Assembly: GCA_902582695.1 (NCBI GenBank)
Contig: CACHTH010000002.1
Location: 26,483-90,482 of the forward strand
DNA length: 64,000 nucleotides
Source of the DNA: an uncultured Candidatus Actinomarina sp.
GTDB taxonomy: Bacteria; Actinomycetota; Acidimicrobiia; Actinomarinales; Actinomarinaceae
Direction of reading: 5' to 3'
Under the pieces are notes generated by a model. That model made no database searches. It was not told the origin of the DNA and worked only from the letters and a program-made list of their open reading frames with translations. The stretch's first letter is position 1; every line of letters starts with the position of its first letter. This document shows positions 31,242 through 39,948 of the stretch, one piece after another. A program made the position numbers and the translations under genes.

Positions 31242-31358
31242 TTATGCTGCTTCATCATATATTCTATGACAATCACATCGGTCATTATGGTCTAAACAAA
31301 TAAAATTTGCTTTTATCCCAGATCTTTCAAGTAATTTAAGTATTTCTTTTTCTTTCAT
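31242..31358 (-). CDS. Small unannotated Cys/His-rich protein (38 aa)
   Basis: MKEKEILKLLERSGIKANFICLDHNDRCDCHRIYDEAA*. ATG lies 7 nt after a TAnnnT box and the ORF fills the gap to the next gene's SD. Confidence 0.6.
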   Translation of the reverse strand: MKEKEILKLLERSGIKANFICLDHNDRCDCHRIYDEAA

Positions 31359-31365
31359 AATTTAT

Positions 31366-31388
31366 AATTTAGAAATTCAGTGTGACAA
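31366..31388 (-). promoter_or_regulatory. Putative PafBC/RecA-NDp-type promoter
   Basis: Minus strand reads TTGTCA-CACTGAATTTC-TAAATT-N7-ATG, i.e. TGTC-N12-TAnnnT. Confidence 0.5.
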
Positions 31389-31438
31389 AAAAAATAAAAT
31401 AACAATCTTTCTAACAAAAACCTATATATGATGAGCTA

Positions 31439-32704
31439 GTGATAGTTGAAAATAATCTCTTTGACTCACATATGTATAAAGAAGTCATCAGGCAGTATGA
31501 TGAAGTTTCTGATTTAATCAATCTTGATTCAAATATACGAGAAAGGCTTAAATTACCTCAAAGATCTCTTGTAGTAACTTTTCCATTTAGAAGAGATGAA
31601 TACGATGAAGTCGAAACAGTAATTGGTTATAGAGTTCAACATGTTTTATCAATGGGCCCTACTAAAGGTGGTATTCGGTACGCGCCAAATGTAAATTTAG
31701 GTGAAGTTACAGCTCTAGCTATCCTTATGTCTTGGAAGTCTGCAATTGTAGGATTACCTTATGGTGGAGCAAAAGGTGGAGTAGCGATAGATCCCAATCC
31801 TCTCACTCGAGCCGAAAAGCAACGAGTTACCAGGAGGTATACAGCCGAATTATTACCAATTATTGGTGTTGATAAAGACATACCTGCTCCTGACCTAGGT
31901 ACAGATGAGCAAACAATGGCATGGATTATGGACACATACAGTAACTTTGTTGGTTCACCTCAGCCTGGGATAGTCACTGGAAAACCTGTTTCTCTTGGTG
32001 GATCAATAACTAGAAGGGAATCGACTGGTAGGGGTGCAGTAGCTGTTGGTCAAGCTGCTATGGAAAAATTAGGTAAAAGCTATAAAGATTCAAGAGTTGC
32101 AATTCAAGGGTTTGGAAATGTTGGAAGGTATGCAGCTCTAGATTCATATGAAAGAGGTGCAAAAGTAGTTGCTGTAAATGATTTGGGCGGTGCAGTGATG
32201 AACAAAGATGGTCTTAACATCCCTGAACTTTTTAAACATATCGCTAAAAATCCTTCAGTCAGTGGCTTTTCAGGTGGAGAAGAATATGATGGGGAAATTC
32301 TAGAAGTTGATTGTGATGTTTTGATACCTGCAGCTGTAGGAGGAGTTATTACTTCAAGTAATGCTGAAAAAATTAAAGCAAATGTAATAATTGAAGGTGC
32401 TAATTCACCAACAACTTTAAATGCCGATAAAATCTTAAGGGATAATGGCGTAATGATAATTCCAGATATCCTAGCAAATGCCGGTGGTATAACTGCAAGT
32501 TACTTCGAATGGGTACAAAACACACAAAATTATTTATGGAAAGAAACTGAGCTACATGAGAAATTAATTGATGTAATGATTACTTCTTTTGAAGAAGTTT
32601 GGACTATCTCTCAGAAACAAAATTGTGATTTAAGAACTGCTGCACTCATAAAAGGAATAAAGAGAGTTGCCGCAGCAAAGCTAACTAGAGGCTTATTTCC
32701 GTAA
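31439..32704 (+). CDS. gdhA: Glu/Leu/Phe/Val dehydrogenase (glutamate dehydrogenase)
   Basis: GPTKGGIRY, YGGAKGG, DIPAPD, QGFGNVG, PDILANAGG, SYFEWVQN. Confidence 0.92.
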   Translation: MIVENNLFDSHMYKEVIRQYDEVSDLINLDSNIRERLKLPQRSLVVTFPFRRDEYDEVETVIGYRVQHVLSMGPTKGGIRYAPNVNLGEVTALAILMSWKSAIVGLPYGGAKGGVAIDPNPLTRAEKQRVTRRYTAELLPIIGVDKDIPAPDLGTDEQTMAWIMDTYSNFVGSPQPGIVTGKPVSLGGSITRRESTGRGAVAVGQAAMEKLGKSYKDSRVAIQGFGNVGRYAALDSYERGAKVVAVNDLGGAVMNKDGLNIPELFKHIAKNPSVSGFSGGEEYDGEILEVDCDVLIPAAVGGVITSSNAEKIKANVIIEGANSPTTLNADKILRDNGVMIIPDILANAGGITASYFEWVQNTQNYLWKETELHEKLIDVMITSFEEVWTISQKQNCDLRTAALIKGIKRVAAAKLTRGLFP

Positions 32705-33664
32705 AAGTTTTTCTATTTCCGCTTGGATATTATTTTTTTGATCCTCTAAATTTGATATCTGATTTTTAATCTGCTCTTTGTCTTTACTTCCAATTGGACT
32801 TTCTTTTGGTACTTCATTTTCGTTTTTAAACATATCTAATACCTCAAGTTCTTCTTCTAATTCTGAAATTGATTCATTTATAACCCTTAGTTCTTCCGTA
32901 TCAGGTGGGTTGTCATTAAATACTGGACAAATCGGTTTATAGTAACACCAATCACAAAGTGTATTTTTAATTGGTGGAAAATCATCATTTTCGTAAGCTT
33001 TTTTGATATTTTCCCATATTTCAAGAATTTCTTTTTTTGATTCTATTAAGTCTTCTTCTTTAATTTTTAATGTATGAATAGTTGAGTTTTTGAGATATAT
33101 TAATTTCAATTCTGCAGGCATTTCTCCAAGTTCTTCCTTTATCAATAAAGCGTATAATTTAAGTGCAAAAAATCTTGGCTCTTTATATTTAGCCATTGGA
33201 GCTTTACCACTTTTATAGTCAACAATTATTAGTTCACCTTTTTCATTTCTATCCATTCTGTCAAGAATTCCTCTTAAATTTAAATCTTCTATACTTCCTC
33301 TGACCCAACGCTCTCTCTCTAATGGATCAAAACTCGTAGGATCCTCAATTGTCATATAGTTATTAAGCAGCTTTAGTCCATCAACACCCCATTCTCTCTC
33401 TTCTTCAACAGAAGAAAAAAGATTATGATGTTCATCTGTTCCTCTTACTTTCGTCCATGCTTCACGAAATAAATTATGGAGTTTTTCAATATTCCTGTCC
33501 TCTTTAGGTAGGTCAAATAAGTCTTCGAGAGCTTGATGGACGGTTGTTCCTTTAGCCTGCACTTCATTTGTTGGCTCTTTTAATTTATCTACATTTGCAA
33601 ATTTAAATTGCTTTGGACATGTTTTAAATTGAGATGCTCTTGATGGAGATAAATTTTTAATCAT
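32693..33664 (-). CDS. PD-(D/E)XK RecB-family (Cas4/AddB-like) exonuclease with C-terminal coiled coil
   Basis: LSPS...CPKQF, LRGILDRMD, IVDYKSG, LKLYAL, CDWCYYKPICP (1+3 Cys pattern). Confidence 0.88.
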   Translation of the reverse strand: MIKNLSPSRASQFKTCPKQFKFANVDKLKEPTNEVQAKGTTVHQALEDLFDLPKEDRNIEKLHNLFREAWTKVRGTDEHHNLFSSVEEEREWGVDGLKLLNNYMTIEDPTSFDPLERERWVRGSIEDLNLRGILDRMDRNEKGELIIVDYKSGKAPMAKYKEPRFFALKLYALLIKEELGEMPAELKLIYLKNSTIHTLKIKEEDLIESKKEILEIWENIKKAYENDDFPPIKNTLCDWCYYKPICPVFNDNPPDTEELRVINESISELEEELEVLDMFKNENEVPKESPIGSKDKEQIKNQISNLEDQKNNIQAEIEKLLRK

Positions 33665-33710
33665 ACATAAATTATATCTATATTATTTTGAATATTTGTA
33701 AAATGTAATA

Positions 33711-33824
33711 GTGACTAAGTTTATAAAAATATTACAAATTATAGGAATTATCACTTTTGTAATGTATTTTGTTATTGGAATGCTTTACAACTCTTTTAGT
33801 TGGTTTAATTATCTCTTTAATTAA
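33711..33824 (+). CDS. Possible 37-aa single-TM small protein
   Basis: GTG start, MTKFIKILQIIGIITFVMYFVIGMLYNSFSWFNYLFN*; TAAAAT 6 nt upstream; fills an otherwise empty 200-bp gap. Confidence 0.4.
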   Translation: MTKFIKILQIIGIITFVMYFVIGMLYNSFSWFNYLFN

Positions 33825-33865
33825 TCATGTAAAAATATAAATCTCACTGTTGCTAAAGTAAAAAA

Positions 33866-34939
33866 ATGGAAAATAATATAAAAGTTGCAATATTGGGCGT
33901 TGGTAACTGTGCTAGTTCATTTGTTCAAGGAATTGCACATTATAGTAATTCGGAAAATGAAGATGGTTTAATCTCCGATGTCATTGGCGGATACAAGGTC
34001 TCCAACATTGAAGTAGTTGCAGCATATGATATTAATACTACAAAAGTTGGTAAAGATCTCAGTGAAGCAATTTTTGCTGAACCAAATAACACAATTAAAT
34101 TTTCTGATGTTCCAGAAACTGGTGTCATAGTTCAGCCAGGTGTTGTAAATGATGGAGTAGGTAAATTTGTTAAAGATATTATTACAACTTCACCCGATTC
34201 TGAAAATTTTGAAGATTCACTAAGAGATTCAGGAGCTGAGATACTAATTAATCTTCTACCAGTAGGATCTGACGAGGCTGTTAAGTTCTATGCCCAATCT
34301 GCTATTAACACAGGTATTGGTTTTATTAACTGTATACCAGTTTTCATAGCTAGAGATAAAGAATGGTATCAAAAGTTTAAAGATGCTGGAGTCCCTTTGA
34401 TTGGCGATGATATTAAGAGTCAAGTTGGCGCAACAATTGTTCATAGGGTTTTAGCTCAATTATTTTCTGACAGAGGTGTAAATCTTGAAAATACCTATCA
34501 ATTAAACGTTGGTGGAAATATGGACTTTCTAAATATGCTTGAAGAAGATCGTTTAGAAACTAAAAGAACAAGTAAAACTTCTTCAGTTACTTCTGTAGCT
34601 AATAAAGGTAAAGGAATTTCATCTGAAAATGTAAGAATTGGCCCATCTGATTATGTAAAGTGGCTAGAAGATAGAAAGAAAGCATTCATTAGACTTGAAG
34701 GTAAAGGATTTGGAGGTGCTCCTCTTAATTTAGAAGTTCAATTAGAAGTATGGGATTCACCAAACAGTGCAGGAGTTACTATCGACGCCGTTAGATATAT
34801 GAAGTTTTTTAAAGAAAAAAATGATTTAGAATCTTTAGATTTAGTATCTGCTTGGCTAATGAAAGCACCATTCAAACCAGTTAAAGATGGAGATGTCTTA
34901 AATCAGCTTCATGAGCTCACTCATGTTGAATCAGACTAA
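33866..34939 (+). CDS. ino1: myo-Inositol-1-phosphate synthase
   Basis: GVGNCASS, GDDIKSQVGAT, YQLNVGGNMDF, VWDSPNSAG. Confidence 0.95.
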   Translation: MENNIKVAILGVGNCASSFVQGIAHYSNSENEDGLISDVIGGYKVSNIEVVAAYDINTTKVGKDLSEAIFAEPNNTIKFSDVPETGVIVQPGVVNDGVGKFVKDIITTSPDSENFEDSLRDSGAEILINLLPVGSDEAVKFYAQSAINTGIGFINCIPVFIARDKEWYQKFKDAGVPLIGDDIKSQVGATIVHRVLAQLFSDRGVNLENTYQLNVGGNMDFLNMLEEDRLETKRTSKTSSVTSVANKGKGISSENVRIGPSDYVKWLEDRKKAFIRLEGKGFGGAPLNLEVQLEVWDSPNSAGVTIDAVRYMKFFKEKNDLESLDLVSAWLMKAPFKPVKDGDVLNQLHELTHVESD

Positions 34940-36198
34940 ATTAGAGATTCGCTAAATATTCCTAGTGCTTCTTCTACCTGTTTAAGTGGTGTAGTCAAAG
35001 GACCCATAAATCTAATGACATTTCCAAACTCACCACATGAAACAAGGAGTAAACCATTTTCTTTACAGTTTGAGATAATTTGTTGAGTTTTTTCTTTATC
35101 AGGATTTTTAGACTCTTTATCAATTACAATTTCAACACCAATCATTGGTCCGTAACCTCTTACATCTCCAATAAAATCAAAATCATTCATTAGATTTGAT
35201 AAAACTGTATTCATAATTTTTGCTTGTTTGTTAGCATTTTTTAAAATATCTTCATTATCAAATACATCTAATACACCTAATGCTGCAGCACAAGACACAG
35301 GCGAGGCTCCAAATGTACTTCCTATACCAGCCTCATGAATAGAATCCATTATCTCTGATTTACCTAATACTGCAGCTAGAGGAAAACCGCCAGCAATTCC
35401 TTTTGCTAATGTAACAATGTCTGGCTTTACCCCTACAGTCTCTGCACCAAACATATTTCCAGTACGTCCATAGCCTGTCTGAACTTCATCAAAAATTAAT
35501 AAGATATTATTTTTATCGCAAATATCTCTTAGTTGTGATAAAAAATTACTTGAGGCTGGAATATACCCACCCTCCCCAAGTTCAACTTCAATCACAATTG
35601 CTGCTGTGTCATTAGGATCAAGTTGATTGTTAAGCACATCTTTGACACTCATCAATGCATCTTCATCTGAAATATCTCTATAACTATATGGATAAACAGC
35701 ATGCTTTACAAATTCTGGAAATGGTCCAAAGCCTTCTTTATAAGGTTTGTCCTTTCCCGTTAAACCCATGGCAAGGTATGTTCTTCCATGGAATCCACCT
35801 TTGAAAGATAAAATTGCTTTTTTATTTGTATAATATCTTGCAATCTTAACTGCATTTTCTACAGCCTCGGCACCACTATTGACCATAAATGTTTTAGTTT
35901 CAGAATCTATGGGATACCTATTATTTAGTTCTTCGGATAGTTTTACTGCGTTTTCGTGTGGTGCAAAAGCAAAACAAGAGTGCGAAAAATTATCAAGCTG
36001 ATTTTTGACTCTATCAACAACTCTAGGATGGAGATGGCCAGTGTTTAGAACAGCATATCCTCCGACATAATCTAAAAATCGATTACCTTCAGAATCCCAA
36101 ATTTCAGCATTTTTACCCTTAACAATAAAATTTTCTAGGGAGCTGTACCATGCACTTGGAACATTAGATTGTATTTGATCATTCTGTATGTATACCAT
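34936..36198 (-). CDS. gabT: Class III aminotransferase, 4-aminobutyrate aminotransferase-like
   Basis: NSGAEAVENAVKIAR, FHGRT, GEGGY, DEVQTGYGRTG, LAKGIAGGFPL. Confidence 0.82.
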   Translation of the reverse strand: MVYIQNDQIQSNVPSAWYSSLENFIVKGKNAEIWDSEGNRFLDYVGGYAVLNTGHLHPRVVDRVKNQLDNFSHSCFAFAPHENAVKLSEELNNRYPIDSETKTFMVNSGAEAVENAVKIARYYTNKKAILSFKGGFHGRTYLAMGLTGKDKPYKEGFGPFPEFVKHAVYPYSYRDISDEDALMSVKDVLNNQLDPNDTAAIVIEVELGEGGYIPASSNFLSQLRDICDKNNILLIFDEVQTGYGRTGNMFGAETVGVKPDIVTLAKGIAGGFPLAAVLGKSEIMDSIHEAGIGSTFGASPVSCAAALGVLDVFDNEDILKNANKQAKIMNTVLSNLMNDFDFIGDVRGYGPMIGVEIVIDKESKNPDKEKTQQIISNCKENGLLLVSCGEFGNVIRFMGPLTTPLKQVEEALGIFSESLI

Positions 36199-36260
36199 TA
36201 CTAGTTCACTGTAACTGAATAATTATTAATACTCAATTTTGTAACTACTAAAATAAAAAT

Positions 36261-36629
36261 ATGGAATTTTATTTTCTAGAATTACCTTCTTATATAAGTC
36301 TTGTTATTTGTGGCTTTGTTGGGTTAATATTTTTAATTATTCATTTTTCTAAATTTGAACTTCCTTATAACATTTCAAACAAATTAATCTTGCTTTCTTG
36401 TTCTTCTGTACTCTTGCAAGTTTTAGTGGTTGTTTACTATACACAAAACAATGAAATAGGCTCATTTAGCTTATTTTATAATATTGTTAATCTTTTCATT
36501 TTGACGTTTCTTTACATTTACAGAAACGAAATGAAATTGAATTATCATCTTTATTGGTCATTTGCATTACTCTTTTTGATGGGTATGGAAATCAGATCAA
36601 TACAGACAATAGGGCTTGGACTTAACTAA
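36261..36629 (+). CDS. Hypothetical membrane protein (about 4 TM)
   Basis: Hydrophobic ORF, leaderless-type -10 box, TAATG coupling to the next gene. Confidence 0.7.
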   Translation: MEFYFLELPSYISLVICGFVGLIFLIIHFSKFELPYNISNKLILLSCSSVLLQVLVVVYYTQNNEIGSFSLFYNIVNLFILTFLYIYRNEMKLNYHLYWSFALLFLMGMEIRSIQTIGLGLN

Positions 36630-37336
36630 TGGCATATAAAATATTGAAAGATGACTTAACATTTGCAAATGTAAATTCAGATAATCCAAAAGTGTGTTTT
36701 TTACATGGATGGGGTACAAGTGGTAAAGATTTCAACAAGATTGAATCACATTTTGATTTTATAACTATCGATATACCAGGGTTTGGTAAGTCTGTACCAT
36801 TTACAAAAAGTTTTTCACCAAAAAGCTATGCAGAGTACCTTTTTAAATTAATACCAGAATCAGTTGATGTTATTGTTGGTCATTCTTTTGGAGGAAGAAT
36901 AGCAGCCCACCTCTCACAAATACAAAATTACAGAAAAATAGTAATTATTGCATCACCACTTATCAGAAAAATTAAACCGAACAATGGTTTTTCTGTTTTT
37001 AAATTATATAAATTTATGAATAAATTAAATATTATTAGCGACAGCAGGCTTGATGAATTAAAAAATAAATATGGTTCTGAAGATTACAAAAATGCTAATA
37101 AAGTTTTAAAAGATACATTAGTTATGGCAGTAAATGATGATTTATCAGAGATACTTCCACAAATCTCTTCAAAAGTTGAACTTATCTATGGACAAGAAGA
37201 TTTGGTTGTGCCTGTAAAAGTTGGTATTGACTCAAGCAGAATAATCCCTGATTCACAATTAACGATAATTCCTGACGAAGGTCACAATATGCTTAGAAGT
37301 AGCGCAGAAAAAATTATAGAAATTATAAAAAGATGA
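36629..37336 (+). CDS. Alpha/beta hydrolase
   Basis: LHGWG, DIPGFG, GHSFGG nucleophile elbow, D..VP, GH. Confidence 0.9.
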   Translation: MAYKILKDDLTFANVNSDNPKVCFLHGWGTSGKDFNKIESHFDFITIDIPGFGKSVPFTKSFSPKSYAEYLFKLIPESVDVIVGHSFGGRIAAHLSQIQNYRKIVIIASPLIRKIKPNNGFSVFKLYKFMNKLNIISDSRLDELKNKYGSEDYKNANKVLKDTLVMAVNDDLSEILPQISSKVELIYGQEDLVVPVKVGIDSSRIIPDSQLTIIPDEGHNMLRSSAEKIIEIIKR

Positions 37337-38856
37337 ATTTAGTTTACATATTAGTTTTAGTTTTTCTTACTTTAAGCTCATGCTTGAACTCAATAAGATG
37401 GGGTAGAGTTGCTCAAAGAGAGCACTATATTCCAGGATATGTCACAAAATTTTATTTTAGATGGGTTAGGTTAGTCCCTTTTAATAATCTTTATTTTTTT
37501 CTTGCTATCATCCTGGCTTTATTAAGTTTATGGTCACCTTACCCAGCATTACTATTATCAGTATTGACTCTAGTGACACCAATTGGATTAGATTTTAAGC
37601 ACAGAACTAGCAAAGTAAACATTACCGAAAGACTTAAAAGATTAAATATAATTTATTGTATTTTTGTAGTTCTAATTTCTATTGTGTCATTATCTATGGA
37701 CCTTGGTTATTTTCTTGCATTAGTTGTTAATTTATTTTCTTTTTATATATATGACCAAGCTCTGAGATTTACAAAAAACTATGAAAAAAATACATCTGAA
37801 AAATTTATTGTTGATGCAGAACAAAAAATAAAAAATTTTGAAGGCCCAATAATTGCTATTACTGGGTCTTACTCAAAAACTACAACTAAAAATATATTAG
37901 CTCAGATCCTTTCTCAAAAAAATAAAACATTTGCTACGCCAGAAAGTTTTAATAATCGACTTGGTATAGCAAAGGCAATCAATGAGAATTTAAAAAATAA
38001 TGATGAAATTTCAATCATTGAAATGGGCACATATGGTTTTGGAGAAATCAGAGAAATGTGTTCATGGGTCAGACCTCACATATCAGTTATAACAGGCATA
38101 GCACCTGTTCATCTTGAAAGAATGAAAACTTTAGAGAACATACTCGATGCAAAGTCTGAGATAGTTGATTTGACTGGTTCAGTAGTTATCAATGGTGATG
38201 ATTCACTTTTATTAAATCAAGCAAGGTTATGGACAGCTCAAAAGATGGTTATAGATTGTTCAACGACTTCTGAGAGAGCAGCTGTTTTTGTGGATTACAA
38301 AAATAATGTACATAGCGTTTATATTGGAGGAGAATTTATTGGAAATGTTGAAGGTCCTAAAATCCTTCAGTTGTCTATTTCTTTGTCAGTTGGAGTTATG
38401 GTTGCACTTGAGCTTGATGTTAAGTCTTATCTCGAAAATCTTGGTGAGTTAGAAAAAACCGATCATCGACAAACTATTCTTCAAGGAAGTATGGGACAAA
38501 CAATTATCGATAATTCTTTTAATTCGAATCCTATCTCTTGTATCTCTTCACTTGAAACTTTAGAGGATCTTAGTACGGAAGGTAAAAAGTATCTTATAAC
38601 TCCTGGAATGGTCGAGCTAGGTTCTGAACAGTTTAGTTATAATTATGAATTTGCACATTTTGCAAGTGAAATTATTGACGAAGCTCTTATTGTAGGTTTT
38701 ACTAATAAAGGACCTTTAATGCTTGCATTTGAAGAAAATAATATTCCAGTAAAATATTTTAAAAATAGAGATTTAGCTGTTTCTTATCTAAACTCTGTTG
38801 TGAATGAAAATGATATTGTATTATTTGAAAACGATTTACCAGATCATCATCCCTAA
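37333..38856 (+). CDS. murF: MurF-type Mur ligase with an N-terminal membrane domain
   Basis: ITGSYSKTTTK, SFNN, IEMG, HLE, IIDNSFNSNP, TPGMVELG, VLFENDLPD; about 140-aa hydrophobic N-terminus. Confidence 0.8.
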   Translation: MNLVYILVLVFLTLSSCLNSIRWGRVAQREHYIPGYVTKFYFRWVRLVPFNNLYFFLAIILALLSLWSPYPALLLSVLTLVTPIGLDFKHRTSKVNITERLKRLNIIYCIFVVLISIVSLSMDLGYFLALVVNLFSFYIYDQALRFTKNYEKNTSEKFIVDAEQKIKNFEGPIIAITGSYSKTTTKNILAQILSQKNKTFATPESFNNRLGIAKAINENLKNNDEISIIEMGTYGFGEIREMCSWVRPHISVITGIAPVHLERMKTLENILDAKSEIVDLTGSVVINGDDSLLLNQARLWTAQKMVIDCSTTSERAAVFVDYKNNVHSVYIGGEFIGNVEGPKILQLSISLSVGVMVALELDVKSYLENLGELEKTDHRQTILQGSMGQTIIDNSFNSNPISCISSLETLEDLSTEGKKYLITPGMVELGSEQFSYNYEFAHFASEIIDEALIVGFTNKGPLMLAFEENNIPVKYFKNRDLAVSYLNSVVNENDIVLFENDLPDHHP

Positions 38857-38859
38857 AAT

Positions 38860-39942
38860 ATGACAGAATCAATTGCCGTAATATTTGGTGGCCCATCTGA
38901 CGAGCATGATATATCTATATTGACCGGACTACAGTCCTCCAGGATTTTGTCTAATAAGTATGATGTTAAAAATATTTATTGGTCAAAAGACAATAAATGG
39001 TTTTTGGTTAATAATGCCTTAGAATCAATAGATTTTGTTGATAATGACGATATTTTCAAGAAAGAATTAACGATAAAATACGATTCTGAGCCAGGATTTT
39101 ATTTAAAAAAGAAAAAAATTTCATTTGAAGTAGCAGTTAATGCTTGTCATGGAGGGCCAGGGGAAGATGGAACACTTCAAAGTTTGTTAAGTTTACTAAA
39201 TATTAACTATACAGGTCCCTCATTGACTACTTCACAGATAGGTATGGATAAGTACGTTTTCTTTACATTAATGAAAGAAATTGGAATACCTGTTTTAGAT
39301 AAACACTTAGTTAGCAAAAATACTAAACCTAATTTTTCTGGACCTTATATTTTAAAACCTAGATTTGGAGGATCCTCTATCGGAGTAGAGGTTGTTGAAG
39401 ACTACGAAACAGCTTTAAAACTCTCTAGAAATTCAAAAATTTACAGTCAAGGAGCAACAGTAGAAAAATTCCTTGAAAACTCTAACGATCTTCTTATTGG
39501 AATCAGGACATACCCAAACTTAGATTTCTCAGAAATTGAAAAACCAATTAGGACAAGTAGTTTTGAATTGTTTTCATACAACGATAAATATCTTGATAAT
39601 GGAGGATTAGAAGGATCAAAAAGAGAATTACCTGCAACTATTAGTAAAGAAATTGAATCTCAAATTAAAAAAATACTTACATTGTTCGTTGAACAAATTG
39701 AAATAAGAGGAATATCAAGAGTAGATTTTTTACTTCACAATGAAAATTTATATTTAAATGAAGTTAATACTATTCCTGGAAGCCATGCATTATATCTTTG
39801 GCAAAATATTGGTAAAAGTAAGTTCGAACTTTTAAATGACATGATAGAAGAGGCTAAAAATAGTGTTACCCATTGGAGCACAGAGGGATCAGACGGAATA
39901 GCTTTAAAAAGCGCTAAAGACATACAAAGCAAATTAGGTTAA
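38860..39942 (+). CDS. ddl: D-alanine--D-alanine ligase
   Basis: FGGPSDEHDISI, HGGPGEDG, MDK, GSSIGV, RVDF, NEVNTIPG. Confidence 0.92.
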   Translation: MTESIAVIFGGPSDEHDISILTGLQSSRILSNKYDVKNIYWSKDNKWFLVNNALESIDFVDNDDIFKKELTIKYDSEPGFYLKKKKISFEVAVNACHGGPGEDGTLQSLLSLLNINYTGPSLTTSQIGMDKYVFFTLMKEIGIPVLDKHLVSKNTKPNFSGPYILKPRFGGSSIGVEVVEDYETALKLSRNSKIYSQGATVEKFLENSNDLLIGIRTYPNLDFSEIEKPIRTSSFELFSYNDKYLDNGGLEGSKRELPATISKEIESQIKKILTLFVEQIEIRGISRVDFLLHNENLYLNEVNTIPGSHALYLWQNIGKSKFELLNDMIEEAKNSVTHWSTEGSDGIALKSAKDIQSKLG

Positions 39943-39948
39943 AAATTT

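Noticed and set aside
30280..31358. Intact prophage or integrative element
   Set aside because: No integrase, terminase, structural genes, tRNA target or flanking direct repeats seen; composition looks like the neighbouring genes.
32693..33664. Cas4 / CRISPR system
   Set aside because: The Cys pattern is Cas4-like, but I saw no repeat-spacer array and no cas1 or cas2 in the window; a solo RecB-family nuclease fits better.
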